This document shows positions 18,136 through 27,606 of a stretch of DNA of 56,999 nucleotides, piece after piece. A program made the position numbers and the translations under genes. Positions within the stretch are counted from its first letter, which is position 1; every line of letters begins with the position of its first letter. The stretch is from an uncultured Bacilli bacterium. GTDB taxonomy: Bacteria; Bacillota_I; Bacilli_A; RF39; UBA660. Under the pieces are notes generated by a model that made no database searches, had not been told where the DNA came from, and saw only the letters and a list, made by a program, of their open reading frames with translations. The stretch spans positions 1 to 56,999 of the forward strand of contig CANRBR010000001.1 in assembly GCA_947628915.1 (NCBI GenBank), read 5' to 3'.

Positions 18136-20223
18136 ATGATGAGTGTATTAGAATATGCACAAGATGTAAATAAAACTGTAAGTGAAATATTAAATCTGTG
18201 TAAAAGATTAAATATTCCAGCATTTAATGAAGATGATGAGTTAGATGAAGATGCAATAATAGAACTTGATAATCTGATTGCTCGTGAAGAAGAAATGGAT
18301 TTGGAATACGAAGAAGAACTTATAGAAGAAGAAAATAAGAAACAAGAAAGTGAAGTAGAACACAAACCAAAAGCGCAACCAATATTAAATAAAGTAAAAG
18401 TAAATAAAAAAGATTTAGCTAAAAAGAAAAAAGAGATGTATAAAAATAAAGAAAAACTTATAAGTAATGGGCCTGTGGTAGATGAGAGTGTAGTTACTTA
18501 TAAAGATGGAATGACTATTGCAGACCTTGCTAAAGCTTTAAATGTTCAACCAAATGAACTAATTAAAAAATTATTTATGTTAGGCACACTTGCTACAATT
18601 AATAATAAAGTAGATTTTGATAATGCATCTCTTTTAGTAAGTGAATACGGTAAAGAGTTAAAAAGAGAGCAAATAATAGATGAAACTAAATTTGAAGAGT
18701 TTGAGATAAACGATAAAGAAGAAGATTTAGTTAAAAGACCTCCGGTTGTTACAATAATGGGACACGTAGACCACGGTAAGACTACTTTACTTGATGCAAT
18801 TAGAAAAACTAATGTTGCAGAGGGTGAAGCTGGAGGAATTACTCAAGCAATAAGTGCTTATCAAGTAAAAGTAAAAGATGATTATATAACATTTATAGAT
18901 ACTCCAGGACATGCCGCATTTACTGAAATGCGTGCTAGAGGAGCAAGTATAACTGATATAGTAATAATTATAGTTGCTGCAGATGATGGTGTTATGCCTC
19001 AAACTAAAGAAGCAATTGACCACGCTAAAGCTGCTGGTGTACCAATACTAGTTGCTATCAATAAAATAGATAAACCAGGTGCTAATATAGATAAAGTAAT
19101 GAGTGAATTATCAGACTATGGTCTTACTCCAGATACTTGGGGAGGAGATACTGTATTTACTAATATTAGTGCTAAAACAGGTGAAGGTATAGATACACTT
19201 TTAGATAACATTCTACTCGTTGCAGAGATGGAAGGATATAAAGCAAATCCTCATCGTTATGCAAGTGGTAGTGTTATAGAATCTAGACTTGATAAACAGG
19301 TTGGTTCAATAGTTACTATACTTGTACAAAATGGTACTTTAAGACTTGGAGACCCTATAGTAGTTGGAACAAGTTATGGTAAAGTTAGAACTCTAAAAAA
19401 TGATAAGGGAGAAGAAATAACTGAGGCACTTCCTAGTCAACCAGTTGAGATAACAGGTCTTAATGCAACACCTAGTGCTGGAGATAAGTTTATGGCTTTT
19501 GAAACTGAAAAACAAGCAAGAAGTATAGGTGAGGCAAGAAAAGAAGAGGAACACTTAAAACAAAATAGTAAGAGTGCTGTATCACTCGAAGATATATTTA
19601 ATAAGATTAAAGAAGGTATAAAAGAGATTAATGTAATAGTTAAAGCTGATGTAAATGGAAGTGCTGAGGCTGTTAAAAACTCTTTAGAGAAGATAGAAGT
19701 CGAAGGTGTTAAGGTTAAAGTCTTAAGAAGTAGTGTTGGTGCTATTACTGAAAGTGATATAGTACTTGCAAACGCTTCAAATGCTATTATAATAGGATTT
19801 AATATAAGACCTAATAATACTATAAAAGATTATGCTAAAGAACAAGGTGTTGAAATAAGACTTTATGATATAATCTATAAAGCAGTAGAGGATATGGAAG
19901 CTGCTATGAGAGGTATGTTAGACCCTATCTATGAAGAAAAAGTAATAGGTAATGCTGAGGTAAGACAGTTGTTTAAGTTCTCTAAAGTAGGTACTATTGC
20001 CGGAAGTTATGTACTTGATGGTATTATTAAATCTAATTCTAAGGTGCGTGTATTAAGAGATAGTGCAGTTATATATGATGGAGAGGTTAACTCTATTCAA
20101 AGAGAAAAAGACTCTGTTAAAGAGGTTAAAAAAGGCTTAGAATGTGGTATTACTATTACTAACTTTAACGATATTAAAGTTGGAGATATCATAGAAGCAT
20201 ACGAAATGGTAGAGAAAAAATAA
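18136..20223 (+). CDS. infB: Translation initiation factor IF-2
   Basis: G domain [25 protein letters not shown]. Start chosen at the ATG at 18136, after agaggg. Confidence 0.92.
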   Translation: MMSVLEYAQDVNKTVSEILNLCKRLNIPAFNEDDELDEDAIIELDNLIAREEEMDLEYEEELIEEENKKQESEVEHKPKAQPILNKVKVNKKDLAKKKKEMYKNKEKLISNGPVVDESVVTYKDGMTIADLAKALNVQPNELIKKLFMLGTLATINNKVDFDNASLLVSEYGKELKREQIIDETKFEEFEINDKEEDLVKRPPVVTIMGHVDHGKTTLLDAIRKTNVAEGEAGGITQAISAYQVKVKDDYITFIDTPGHAAFTEMRARGASITDIVIIIVAADDGVMPQTKEAIDHAKAAGVPILVAINKIDKPGANIDKVMSELSDYGLTPDTWGGDTVFTNISAKTGEGIDTLLDNILLVAEMEGYKANPHRYASGSVIESRLDKQVGSIVTILVQNGTLRLGDPIVVGTSYGKVRTLKNDKGEEITEALPSQPVEITGLNATPSAGDKFMAFETEKQARSIGEARKEEEHLKQNSKSAVSLEDIFNKIKEGIKEINVIVKADVNGSAEAVKNSLEKIEVEGVKVKVLRSSVGAITESDIVLANASNAIIIGFNIRPNNTIKDYAKEQGVEIRLYDIIYKAVEDMEAAMRGMLDPIYEEKVIGNAEVRQLFKFSKVGTIAGSYVLDGIIKSNSKVRVLRDSAVIYDGEVNSIQREKDSVKEVKKGLECGITITNFNDIKVGDIIEAYEMVEKK

Positions 20224-20558
20224 TGTCAATAAAAAATGATAGAATAGATAGTATAGTACAAAAAGAGTTAAGTGATATAATTGCAAATGAAGTTAAAAAT
20301 CCTAATATTAAGTTTGTAACAGTAACTTATGCAGATGTGACTAATGATTTGAGTTATGCTAAAGTATACTTTACTACTTTAGGTGATAAGGATAAGACTT
20401 TAAAAGGACTTAATAGCGCTAAAGGATTTATAAGAAAGACTCTTGCAGATAGAGTGGAGTTAAGACATATACCAGAATTAGAATTTATATATGATGAATC
20501 TATTGAATATGGAAAAAGAATAGAAGATAAAATAAAAGAAATACATGATAATGAATAG
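20223..20558 (+). CDS. rbfA: Ribosome-binding factor A
   Basis: VQKELSDIIANEVKNPNIKFVTVTYADVTNDLSYAKVYF. Its ATG overlaps the infB stop (TAATG). Confidence 0.88.
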   Translation: MSIKNDRIDSIVQKELSDIIANEVKNPNIKFVTVTYADVTNDLSYAKVYFTTLGDKDKTLKGLNSAKGFIRKTLADRVELRHIPELEFIYDESIEYGKRIEDKIKEIHDNE

Positions 20559-20617
20559 TATTTCTTTTCCTGTTACAACTTGCGTAATACATTTTACATA
20601 TAATGCAAAACAATGTA

Positions 20618-20646
20618 TTGACAAAGTTTTAAAAATGTAATATAAT
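20618..20646 (+). promoter_or_regulatory. Consensus SigA promoter of the RelB/ParE-type TA operon
   Basis: TTGACA (20618-20623), 17-nt spacer, TATAAT (20641-20646). The 8-bp inverted repeat aatacatt (20586-20593) / aatgtatt (20612-20619) overlaps the -35. Confidence 0.7.
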
Positions 20647-20667
20647 TAAATAGGAATGAGGTATATT

Positions 20668-20943
20668 ATGGAAACTTTAAATTTAAATGTCCGAGTAAAT
20701 GCAAATGATAAAAAAAGTTTTGAACAATTTTGTAATAGTGTAGGAATGAATGTTTCTACTGCTGTAAATATGTTTATAAAAGCAGTATTAAGAGAACAAA
20801 AATTGCCTTTTGATGTAAAGACAAATGTTTTTGATGAAACAGTTTTTAATAAATTAAAAGAAGCAGAAGTAGAAATGAATAGTACTACTGAGAGATATTC
20901 TAAAGAAGATATTATTAAAAGTATTGATGATATAATAGGTTAG
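20668..20943 (+). CDS. RelB/DinJ-family antitoxin
   Basis: LNLNVRVNANDKKSFEQFCNSVGMNVSTAVNMFIKAVLREQKLPFDV (ribbon-helix-helix DinJ pattern). RBS gaggt precedes the ATG at 20668. Confidence 0.75.
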   Translation: METLNLNVRVNANDKKSFEQFCNSVGMNVSTAVNMFIKAVLREQKLPFDVKTNVFDETVFNKLKEAEVEMNSTTERYSKEDIIKSIDDIIG

Positions 20944-20945
20944 AT

Positions 20946-21257
20946 ATGTATAAGTTAGAATTTTTACCTATTGCTAAAAAGGACATAAGTGATATTATTT
21001 ATTATATATATTATAATTTAAAAAATGTAACTGCATCAGAAAAACTAAAAAATTTGTTTATTAATAGTTTTGATGATATATTAAAGTTCCCTTATGGTTC
21101 TCCAATTTATAATCCTATTGGATTTTTGAATAATAAATATAGAAGTTATAGGGTAAAAAATTTTCTCGTTTTTTATACAATAAATGAAGAAGAAGAAATA
21201 ATAACAATTGTTAGAGTTTTATATAAAAAGATGAATATAAGTAAGATATTAAAATAA
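20946..21257 (+). CDS. RelE/ParE-superfamily toxin
   Basis: 103 aa, starts 2 nt after the antitoxin stop. MYKLEFLPIAKKDISDIIYYI...YRVKNFLVFYTINEEEEIITIVRVLY fits the ParE/RelE fold pattern. Confidence 0.65.
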   Translation: MYKLEFLPIAKKDISDIIYYIYYNLKNVTASEKLKNLFINSFDDILKFPYGSPIYNPIGFLNNKYRSYRVKNFLVFYTINEEEEIITIVRVLYKKMNISKILK

Positions 21258-21290
21258 TCAATCAATTATTATTGATTGATTTAATTTTTT
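21256..21290. terminator. Bidirectional terminator between convergent genes
   Basis: 11-bp stem aatcaatcaat/attgattgatt, then a T-run. It overlaps both stop codons. Confidence 0.6.
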
Positions 21291-21708
21291 TTACAGACTC
21301 TATAATAGAAATAGTATTTGAATCAAATTCTCCATTATAAAACTTATCTATGACATTTTTAAAGATATCGATGTTTTCATCAGCTAAGTAAAATAAAGTC
21401 ATACAAGATTTAACTTTTAAGTCATCTGGATAACCTAATATTTCAGTTGGGTTATTGCTTTTTAGGTTAAAAAAGGCTTCTGATATTTCAACTAAATTAT
21501 GCCTTAAGTAATTATTTTCTAAATATCTTTTAGCCTCATCTAAATCTTTAATACCGTAGTAAAGTGCAGCATCACTTCTACCTAAACCTTTAAGTTGAGG
21601 GAATATAAACCATATCCAATGTGTTTCTTTATAACCATTTTTAATTTCTTTAAGTGCGATTTCATAGTACTTTTTTTGTGCTTCTACAAATCTATTTAAT
21701 TCATCCAT
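21262..21708 (-). CDS. DUF1810-family protein
   Basis: LNRFVEAQKKYYEIALKEIKNGYKETHWIWFIFPQLKGLGRSDAALYYGIKDLDEAKRYL is the characteristic DUF1810 N-terminal block. Start moved to the ATG at 21708. Confidence 0.7.
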   Translation of the reverse strand: MDELNRFVEAQKKYYEIALKEIKNGYKETHWIWFIFPQLKGLGRSDAALYYGIKDLDEAKRYLENNYLRHNLVEISEAFFNLKSNNPTEILGYPDDLKVKSCMTLFYLADENIDIFKNVIDKFYNGEFDSNTISIIESVKKIKSINNN

Positions 21709-21753
21709 AATTTTATCCCTTTCTAATGTTATTAAAAGCACATAATTGTGCTT

Positions 21754-22635
21754 TTAAATTGCTTCTTTATAAACATTCTTATCAAAATTGTGTTCTACTT
21801 TATCAAGTTCAAGTAGTTTATCAGTAGAAATCAAGAAGAAATTGTGTAATAGATACTGGTTACCATCACTAGCAACCGGGTCATCCCATGTCATATCTAA
21901 GTGATACCAAACATTATCTAATTTAACTAAGTTCCAAACATGATTTTCAGATGTTATTTTATAGTTCTGTATACCTAAAGTATCTAAGTATATTGCCATA
22001 ATATCACTATATCCACCACAGATTGCTTTTTTTGTAGTTAACAGATTATATGCAGTAAAAACTTTTTCTGTACTATCTTTATCGTATTCTGTATTGTTAA
22101 CTATATGGTCGTGAAATACTTTTATTTTATCGTAATTACTCATAGAATCATTTACATTTTCACTAATAAATTTATCTATATAATTTTTAACATATTCTAT
22201 ATCGCTATCGCTATATGCTTTTTTATTTTTTACAGTTATTTTACCACTATTTGTAATATTGACATTTATTGTAGAAAAAGAATTAAAAGGGTGTACAAAA
22301 CTATTAATATTAGAAATCTCGTTTTCATCATCTATAATGCTTCTAACATCGTTTATGCATCCATCGTATTTACAATAAAAAGAAAAACTGTTATCGCCAC
22401 TATTTAGAATTGTATAAATCATATTTAATACTTCTTGATAGTTTTTAACTTCTTTACTATCTATATTTTGAACATAAGAATAGTCGTAATCTAAATAATA
22501 TTCGTTATATGTTAATACTTTATTACTACCTTTATATATAATTTCATCTGTTATAAAATTAGCAATGTTATCTTTATATATGTATACTACTATTACTAGA
22601 CAAACCATAAAACATATTTTAAATAAATCTTTCAT
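21754..22635 (-). CDS. Membrane-anchored transglutaminase-like cysteine protease-fold protein
   Basis: KKAICGGYSDIMAIYLDTLGI...ENHVWNLVKLDNVWYHLDMTWDD (Cys-His-Asp core). N-terminal TM. Start moved to the ATG at 22635, after ggtggtga. Confidence 0.7.
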   Translation of the reverse strand: MKDLFKICFMVCLVIVVYIYKDNIANFITDEIIYKGSNKVLTYNEYYLDYDYSYVQNIDSKEVKNYQEVLNMIYTILNSGDNSFSFYCKYDGCINDVRSIIDDENEISNINSFVHPFNSFSTINVNITNSGKITVKNKKAYSDSDIEYVKNYIDKFISENVNDSMSNYDKIKVFHDHIVNNTEYDKDSTEKVFTAYNLLTTKKAICGGYSDIMAIYLDTLGIQNYKITSENHVWNLVKLDNVWYHLDMTWDDPVASDGNQYLLHNFFLISTDKLLELDKVEHNFDKNVYKEAI

Positions 22636-22729
22636 AGCATCACCACCATCATTATAACACACCTTATATATTATTCTCAAGTACAATTTTAAATTACTTT
22701 TAAACTTTACAAAAAAAGTGCATAAGCAC

Positions 22730-23152
22730 TTATACAAGAATTGAAACTATTAAAGTAATAATACATATGAAAATTGAAACAGAGCCTGTAATTATACCAG
22801 TTTTATTAAATCCATTTTTAATTTTAGATAGACTAGATATTCCTAATGATAGTGCGGTTATAGAACTTGCAAGTGGAAAAATCATAGAAAATAAAATTGT
22901 CATTACTTTTACAAATTCAAAATTTATCATCGTTTTATTAAAAACAAACATTGAAAACGGTAGTGAAAGAGATATAGAAACACTATTAAATATAGCTACT
23001 AATCCAACAACCATACTTGCTATAGATAGACCTTTACCAGGTACTTTAACTTTTGTTGGCACATCAATATATCCTGTTGACATTCCACACTTAACACATA
23101 TTACAGCCTTATCATCGAGTTTATTACCACAATTACTACAAAATTTACTCAT
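22730..23152 (-). CDS. Zinc-ribbon membrane protein
   Basis: MSKFCSNCGNKLDDKAVICVKCG (CxxC...CxxC) followed by about 3 TM helices. Confidence 0.65.
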   Translation of the reverse strand: MSKFCSNCGNKLDDKAVICVKCGMSTGYIDVPTKVKVPGKGLSIASMVVGLVAIFNSVSISLSLPFSMFVFNKTMINFEFVKVMTILFSMIFPLASSITALSLGISSLSKIKNGFNKTGIITGSVSIFICIITLIVSILV

Positions 23153-23249
23153 ATATAACTCCTTTCATATAAATTATATAATGTTATTTTTAAAAATACA
23201 ACAAAAAGTAAGCTATATTTTTTTTAAAAGGTATAAAAAAAGAGTAATT

Positions 23250-23513
23250 TTACTCCATAGAATTAACTTTTTTACTTAATCTTGATTTATTTCTCGCACC
23301 TGTATTTTTAGATGTTACTCCTTTAGCGCTTGCTTTATCGATAGTTTTGATTGCTATTTTTAATTTATCGTTTGCTTTTTCTTTATCTTTAGATGCAACT
23401 GCTCTTTCTACATTTTTAATTGCAGTTTTCATACTAGCAGCAAATTCATTATTTGCTTTTTCTTTTTTTACATTAACTAAAACTCTTTTTTTAGCATTTT
23501 TTAGATTTGGCAT
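23250..23513 (-). CDS. rpsT: 30S ribosomal protein S20
   Basis: MPNLKNAKKRVLVNVKKEKANNEFAASMKTAIKNV. RBS ggaggtga precedes the ATG at 23513. Confidence 0.9.
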   Translation of the reverse strand: MPNLKNAKKRVLVNVKKEKANNEFAASMKTAIKNVERAVASKDKEKANDKLKIAIKTIDKASAKGVTSKNTGARNKSRLSKKVNSME

Positions 23514-23611
23514 AAGTTCACCTCCAAGCCACATATACACATATTTTAACAAAAAATAGTAAAAAATGCAATAAAATAAATAAATTTGTTAAAAATAATA
23601 AGGGTGATTTT

Positions 23612-24637
23612 ATGAATAAGGAAGTAGATTTAAGTAAATATCAGATAAGAACAGACCTTGCAATAGATTATGTAGAAGAAAATAAAGAACTAAAGGGAGT
23701 TAAACACAAGACTGAAGTAGTAAATGGTATTAAAGTTACAAATGTAGAACTCGATGATGATAATGAATTATCTAAGAAAAAAGGAAAATATATTACTTTA
23801 GAGTTTGAAGATGTAACTGACTATAAAAATAGAGAAAAAATTATTGATACACTCACATTTGTACTAAAAAAACTTATAAAGCCTAAGAAGAACTCTTTAG
23901 GACTTATAATAGGTCTTGGGAACGATAAGATTACTCCAGATTCACTTGGACCTTTAGTAGTAAATGATATTATAGTTACAAATCATCTTTATTTAGTAAA
24001 TGAACTGTCCAAAAATTATAAAAGACTTGCAGCAATATCTCCTGGAGTTATGGGAGAAACAGGTATTGAAACTGGTGATATTATAGAGGCGATAGTAAAG
24101 AAAGTAAAACCTAATTACTTAATTGCAATAGATTCACTAGCAAGTAAATCTATTGAAAGGTTAAATAAAACAATTCAAATAACAGATACTGGTATACATC
24201 CTGGAAGTGGAGTAGGTAATAAAAGAAAAGAGTTGAGTTATGAGTCACTTGGTATTCCTGTTATTGCAATTGGTGTTCCAACAGTAGTTGATGCATCAGT
24301 AATAGTATCTGATACTATAAACTTTATTTATAAAAATTATGCTTTTAATAAAGAATATATGAAAGACCCTAAAAGCAAATTAACATTTAATAATGTAAAT
24401 TATTTAAATAAAGAAATAAAAGAAAATAAATTAGATAAAGAAAAATTATTAGGATTAGTCGGTACTTTAGATGATGAAGAATTACAAATGCTTATATATG
24501 AAGTATTAAATCCAATAGGGTATAACCTAATGGTTACACCAAAAGAAATAGATTTTGTAATAGAAAAATTATCTAAAGTAATATCTATTTCAATTAATAA
24601 TTCTATCCATAATCTTGAAAAAATGAGCAAAATATGA
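23612..24637 (+). CDS. gpr: Germination protease (spore endopeptidase)
   Basis: IRTDLAID, GLGNDKITPDSLGP, AIDSLAS, ITDTGIHPGSGVGN. The divergent rpsT/gpr arrangement matches Bacilli and Clostridia. Confidence 0.85.
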   Translation: MNKEVDLSKYQIRTDLAIDYVEENKELKGVKHKTEVVNGIKVTNVELDDDNELSKKKGKYITLEFEDVTDYKNREKIIDTLTFVLKKLIKPKKNSLGLIIGLGNDKITPDSLGPLVVNDIIVTNHLYLVNELSKNYKRLAAISPGVMGETGIETGDIIEAIVKKVKPNYLIAIDSLASKSIERLNKTIQITDTGIHPGSGVGNKRKELSYESLGIPVIAIGVPTVVDASVIVSDTINFIYKNYAFNKEYMKDPKSKLTFNNVNYLNKEIKENKLDKEKLLGLVGTLDDEELQMLIYEVLNPIGYNLMVTPKEIDFVIEKLSKVISISINNSIHNLEKMSKI

Positions 24638-24643
24638 TATATT
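24615..24643 (+). promoter_or_regulatory. Promoter of pilin-like gene 1
   Basis: TTGAAA, 17-nt spacer, TATATT with an extended TG. It lies in the last codons of gpr. Confidence 0.5.
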
Positions 24644-24675
24644 TATATCATAGGAAAAGGTAAGGTGGTGAGAGA

Positions 24676-25086
24676 ATGAAAAATAAAGGTTTTACATTGA
24701 TAGAATTACTTGCAGTAATCGTAATCTTAGCAATCATAGCATTAATAGCTACACCAATCATTTTAGGAATTATCAACGATGCAAGAAATAGTGCTAAACA
24801 AAGAACAGCAGAATTAATTGCAAAAGAAGCAGAATTAGCTTATACATCATACTTATTTAAGAATAATGGTACAGGTGAACCATCAGATTTTTGCAAATAC
24901 ATGACAAACGATTATTTTGATATGGACTCTGCTAAATTAGGAGATACTCCTTGTAGTGACGCAGGTACTGGTGTAAAAGTAACAGGAGATAACGGAGTAG
25001 AATATACAGTTAAATATGCAAATGGAACTGTAACAGTTAGTGCTGATAACTTAAAAGATGTTACAACTAAATTGTCATCTAAATAA
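24676..25086 (+). CDS. Type IV pilin-like / pseudopilin protein, copy 1
   Basis: Class III signal MKNKG/FTLIELLAVIVILAIIALIA (G-1, F+1, E+5). Has a Cys pair in the C-terminal half. RBS aaggtggtga. Confidence 0.85.
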   Translation: MKNKGFTLIELLAVIVILAIIALIATPIILGIINDARNSAKQRTAELIAKEAELAYTSYLFKNNGTGEPSDFCKYMTNDYFDMDSAKLGDTPCSDAGTGVKVTGDNGVEYTVKYANGTVTVSADNLKDVTTKLSSK

Positions 25087-25162
25087 TTATATATAAAAAG
25101 TTTAATCTTATAATGCTTACTATTTTAGTTTGCGTTATTTAACGATTAAATTTTTTTATGTC

Positions 25163-25192
25163 TTGACAAATGCAAATAAAATGTGTTACATT
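25163..25192 (+). promoter_or_regulatory. Promoter of pilin-like gene 2
   Basis: TTGACA, then about 18 nt, then TG-n-TACATT. Confidence 0.5.
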
Positions 25193-25222
25193 ATATCATA
25201 GGGAAAGTAAGGTGGTGAGAAA

Positions 25223-25636
25223 ATGAAAAATAAGGGATTTACATTAATAGAATTATTAGCTGTAATAGTAATCTTAGCAATCATTGCATTAATCGCAACT
25301 CCAATTATCTTAGGAATTATCAATGATGCAAGAAATAGCTCTAAACAAAGAACAGCAGAATTAGTTGCAAAAGAAGCAGAACTAGCATATACTTCATATT
25401 TATTTAAGAATAATGGTACAGGTGAACCATCAGATTTTTGTAAATATATGACGAACGATTATTTTGAAATGGATTCAGCAACACTTGATCCTAATGGTTG
25501 TGTAGATGAATCTAAACAAGAAGTAAAAGTAAAAGGAGACAACGGAGTAGAATATACAGTTAAATATGAAAAAGGATCTGTAACAGTTCATGCTGATAAC
25601 TTAAAAGATGTTACAACTAAATTATCATCTAAATAG
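25223..25636 (+). CDS. Type IV pilin-like / pseudopilin protein, copy 2
   Basis: The first 38 aa are identical to copy 1 and the next ~45 differ at only three positions. The final 13 aa (DNLKDVTTKLSSK) are also shared. It diverges between the two Cys residues. Confidence 0.85.
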   Translation: MKNKGFTLIELLAVIVILAIIALIATPIILGIINDARNSSKQRTAELVAKEAELAYTSYLFKNNGTGEPSDFCKYMTNDYFEMDSATLDPNGCVDESKQEVKVKGDNGVEYTVKYEKGSVTVHADNLKDVTTKLSSK

Positions 25637-25648
25637 TTATTTATAGGA

Positions 25649-25676
25649 AAGTTCAATTTTAAGATTGAACTTTTTT
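25649..25676 (+). terminator. Intrinsic terminator after pilin-like gene 2
   Basis: Perfect 9-bp stem aagttcaat/attgaactt followed by tttt. Confidence 0.75.
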
Positions 25677-25679
25677 GTA

Positions 25680-25709
25680 TTGACAAAAATAAACAAAATA
25701 TGTTATATT
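25680..25709 (+). promoter_or_regulatory. Promoter of pilin-like gene 3
   Basis: TTGACA, 18-nt spacer, TG-t-TATATT (extended -10). Confidence 0.55.
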
Positions 25710-25741
25710 TATATCGTAGTAGAAGGTAAGGTGGTGAGATA

Positions 25742-26149
25742 GTGAAAAATAAAGGTTTTACATTGATAGAATTACTTGCAGTAATCGTAATTTTAGCAAT
25801 CATCGCATTAATTGCAACTCCAATCATTTTAGGAATTATCAATGATGCAAGAAATAGTGCTAAACAAAGAACTGCAGAATTAATTGCAAAAGAAACAGAA
25901 TTAGCATACACTTCATATTTATTTAAAAATAACGGTGTAGGAGAACCATCAAAATTTTGTGATTACATGAAAGCTGAATACTTTGATATGGATTCTGCTA
26001 AATTAGAGGGTAGTTGTACTGACGCAAGTACTGGAGTAACAGTAAAAGGAGATAATGGAGTATCATACACAGTTAAATATGAAGGTGGAACTGTAAAAGT
26101 TAATGCTACTGGATTAAAAGAGGTAACAACTAAATTATCATCTAAATAA
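25742..26149 (+). CDS. Type IV pilin-like / pseudopilin protein, copy 3 (GTG start)
   Basis: Same class III signal and the same leader/RBS (aaggtaaggtggtgaga). GTG start. The central region differs again. Confidence 0.8.
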   Translation: MKNKGFTLIELLAVIVILAIIALIATPIILGIINDARNSAKQRTAELIAKETELAYTSYLFKNNGVGEPSKFCDYMKAEYFDMDSAKLEGSCTDASTGVTVKGDNGVSYTVKYEGGTVKVNATGLKEVTTKLSSK

Positions 26150-26248
26150 TTATTTATTTACACAAATGAGTTTAATCGCTTGATTAGACTTTTTTATTTG
26201 ATTTTTTTTAATTACATGATATAATATGACAAGAAAAAGGGTGATTTT

Positions 26249-27562
26249 ATGAAAAAGTCAGTAGTTGCTTTAGTAGGTAGACCTAATGTAGGTAAAAGTA
26301 CTATATTTAATAAAATGGTAGGTAAAAAGATATCTATTATAGAAGATACTCCTGGTGTTACAAGAGATAGAGTATATGGGAGTGTAACTTATAAAGATTA
26401 TAAATTTCACTTAATAGATACAGGTGGTATTGAACTAGGTAAAAATGATTTTAATAATGAAATAAAAGTTCAGGCAACACTTGCAATAGATGAAGCAGAT
26501 ATAGTAGTATTCGTTGTAGATGGTAAGGAAGGCTTGACTAGTGATGATTATTTAGTTAGAGATATGCTAAAAAAAGTATCTAATAAAGTAATCGTTGCTA
26601 TAAATAAATGTGATAGTAAAAAGATAAAAGAAACTGAATATGACTTTTATGAGTTAGGATTTGAAAATATAGTTAAGGTTAGTGGAGAACAAGGTACGGG
26701 TATATATGACTTGCTTGATTTAATAACTAATAACTTTCCTAAATATGAAGAAGATATAGATGATACAAAGGTTAGATTTTCAATACTAGGTAGACCTAAT
26801 GTAGGTAAAAGTAGCTTAGTAAATGCAATACTTAACGAAGATAGAGTTATAGTATCTAGTGTTGCTGGAACAACAAGAGATGCAATAGATACTGAATTTA
26901 ACTATAATAATGAGAAATACATTGTTATAGATACTGCCGGTATGAGAAAAAAAGGTAAAGTATATGAAAATATAGAAAAATATAGTTTACTTAGAAGTCT
27001 AAAAGCAATAGATAGGTCAGATGTATGTGTACTTGTTATAAATGCAGAGGAAGGTATAATAGAGCACGATAAGCATATAGCCGGCTATATTAAAGATGCA
27101 GGTAAAGCATGTGTTATTGCTGTAAATAAATGGGACTTAATGGAAGATAAAGATAGTGCGATAAAGAAATGGAAAGACGATATAAAGGCAGATTTTGCAT
27201 TTATGGATTATGCTAAAATAGTATTCTTGAGTGCGAAGACTAAAAAAAGAATTCATACATTGATGCCTGAGGTATTAAACGCATATGAAAACAGTAAAAA
27301 AGAGATTAAAACAAGTTTACTTAATAATGTTATAAACGATGCATATGAACTAAATTTACCTCCAAGTTACAAAGGTAAAAGACTTAAGATATATTTTTCT
27401 AGTCAAGTTAGAACAATGCCTCCAACATTTAATATACAAGTAAATAGTAAAGGGCTTGTACATTTCTCATACGAAAGATATCTAGAAAATAAAATAAGAG
27501 AATCATTTGATTTTAGTGGTACTCCAATAGTAATTAATTTTAAAAGTAAAGGGGAAGAATGA
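26249..27562 (+). CDS. der: Ribosome-associated GTPase Der/EngA
   Basis: Two tandem G domains (GRPNVGKSTIFN...DTGG...NKCD; GRPNVGKSSLVN...DTAG...NKWD) plus a KH-like C-terminus. Confidence 0.92.
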   Translation: MKKSVVALVGRPNVGKSTIFNKMVGKKISIIEDTPGVTRDRVYGSVTYKDYKFHLIDTGGIELGKNDFNNEIKVQATLAIDEADIVVFVVDGKEGLTSDDYLVRDMLKKVSNKVIVAINKCDSKKIKETEYDFYELGFENIVKVSGEQGTGIYDLLDLITNNFPKYEEDIDDTKVRFSILGRPNVGKSSLVNAILNEDRVIVSSVAGTTRDAIDTEFNYNNEKYIVIDTAGMRKKGKVYENIEKYSLLRSLKAIDRSDVCVLVINAEEGIIEHDKHIAGYIKDAGKACVIAVNKWDLMEDKDSAIKKWKDDIKADFAFMDYAKIVFLSAKTKKRIHTLMPEVLNAYENSKKEIKTSLLNNVINDAYELNLPPSYKGKRLKIYFSSQVRTMPPTFNIQVNSKGLVHFSYERYLENKIRESFDFSGTPIVINFKSKGEE

Positions 27563-27606
27563 TTCCCTTTTTTAATTTAATATGGTATTATTAAATAGGT
27601 GGTAGT

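Noticed and set aside
22767-23279. 170-aa plus-strand ORF overlapping the zinc-ribbon gene and the rpsT terminus
   Set aside because: It overlaps two better-supported minus-strand genes, has no RBS, and its composition looks like an antisense artefact.
25588-25911. 107-aa minus-strand ORF spanning the pilin 2 / pilin 3 junction
   Set aside because: It crosses a terminator and a promoter and is antisense to two strongly supported pilin genes.
24676-26149. The three pilin copies as an assembly duplication artefact or a very recent tandem duplication
   Set aside because: The copies differ at many synonymous sites, and their intergenic and terminator sequences are distinct.
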